From contig JBHGNT010000016.1 of assembly GCA_043228905.1 (NCBI GenBank), positions 5,580,001 through 5,644,000 on the forward strand: DNA of 64,000 bases, given 5' to 3'. The notes beneath the pieces are model-generated. The model did no database searches. It was not told where the DNA came from and saw only the letters and a program-made list of their open reading frames with translations. Within the stretch, counting starts at the first letter, position 1, and each line of letters starts with the position of its first letter. Position numbers and translations under genes: made by a program. Positions 62,751 to 64,000 of this stretch are shown in pieces. The DNA comes from Azolla caroliniana. Taxonomy: Eukaryota > Plantae > Polypodiophyta.

Positions 62751-64000
62751 CCATAAAGGCCCACAAGGGAAGTGTCTCCACAGGTTCCACAAACACAAAC
62801 TTGTTTTTGGTTGAGAGACTTATTGAGTTCTTCCATTGTGTAGAGCCCTTATTGGTGATGAGTGCGCTCGGCCTATGCACAAGGAAACAAACATTTCACT
62901 TGTGGAGAGCTCTGCCTATGCAAAGGGGCACAAAGGGGTGCCTTCATAGGTTCCATGAGGAAACAAACATTTCTCCTGGAGCTCCTTGCCAACAACACCT
63001 TCTTGTTGAGCCAAGTGGAAGATTAAACTCACCGTTGGCTTACTAATTTAACGTATGAGTATATGCTTACAAATAAGCTAAGGTTAAGTTTATTTTCAAG
63101 GAGTTTCATAGATTATGAGGAAGGTGGTTATAATTTCGGTAAGTTACAATAGGCTTTTCACAAATTTAACCAAATTATACAATGTATGAGCCACTTTACA
63201 TAGGGTGAAATGAAATTTAAACTAAGAAATACTTGGGGGGATTTGATTCGAATTATTGATTCTATGATCGATGGCTTTGTTGCCTCGGTCATTGTAGGCC
63301 ACCCTTGCCTCCCTTGTTGCAAAACCGCCAATCAATAATTAGAGATCAATCAATTAGTGGGTTTCAAACCCTTGACCTCTCCAAGGGCAATTATTAGAGA
63401 TCACCGTTTGAGCTAAGCCTTTGTTGTTGTCTTAACCTAAACCCTAAACCTTTGTTCTTCTTCTTTCCTTTGGTAACCTATTCGACCAAATCTTGACACT
63501 TTCTAAAACTTGCCCTTTTAATGTTTTTCTCCCTTCACACTATTGCATCATGATAATGCATCAAGGAACATTAAGAGATCGTTCGTTTAATAAGTGATAC
63601 ATACATGATCAAACAGAATGTGGAGAATGGAACCCAAATATATGTTATTTATTAAATTCTATACATGTCTTTTAAAATGTAGGCTGCTCTCTTTGGAAGC
63701 ATCTTATATGTTTTAAAGACAATTGCATCAAGAGCATCCTTAAAAGAGTTTGGTTTAAAACCACACCTTTGGCCTTAAAGAGAATCCTAATACAAGCATA
63801 TTACATTAACAACTTAAAGCTTAGTGGGTTTTCAAACAAGAGGAAATCTCTTTAATAATCTCAAGATAAGATTAATCCAAACATCAAGACGGCACAATCC
63901 TTTATTCTAGAGTATTTTCACCATGGATGGTCATGGCACTACTTTCTTATGACTAAATACACATTATGCACATAATTTTATTGAGGTAATACTCGTTACC

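Overview
Plant nuclear DNA, AT-rich, with spliceosomal introns and many repeats. The Tcn1-type chromovirus and the PLS-PPR style suggest a non-seed plant, probably a fern (inference). Host genes reconstructed from GT-AG boundaries and reading phase: the 5' part of a plastid ribose-phosphate pyrophosphokinase (-; exon 1 duplicated across a 100-N gap), a complete 10-exon DXS (-), an ULTRAPETALA-like SAND/Cys-rich gene with a long N-terminal extension (+), an 11-exon FIP2-like BTB/pentapeptide gene (-) and a single-exon PLS-class PPR (+). There is also an intact tRNA-Lys(CTT) and a decayed intron-containing tRNA-Tyr. Mobile DNA includes two Copia elements in the PRS intron, Gypsy and L1 remnants, a full-length chromovirus nested in a non-L1 LINE, a related solo LTR carrying a plastid trnA fragment, a hAT-type MITE and several tRNA-derived repeats. 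The most unusual signals are: (1) an antisense tRNA-like A/B-box module at the tip of the LTRs of two diverged chromovirus families; (2) a Tf1-like self-priming geometry and a -1 frameshift signal in the chromovirus; (3) an unspliced pre-tRNA-Tyr fused directly to a LINE 3' end with a (TC)n tail, which is SINE-like architecture; (4) an ULT-like gene of about 690 aa.
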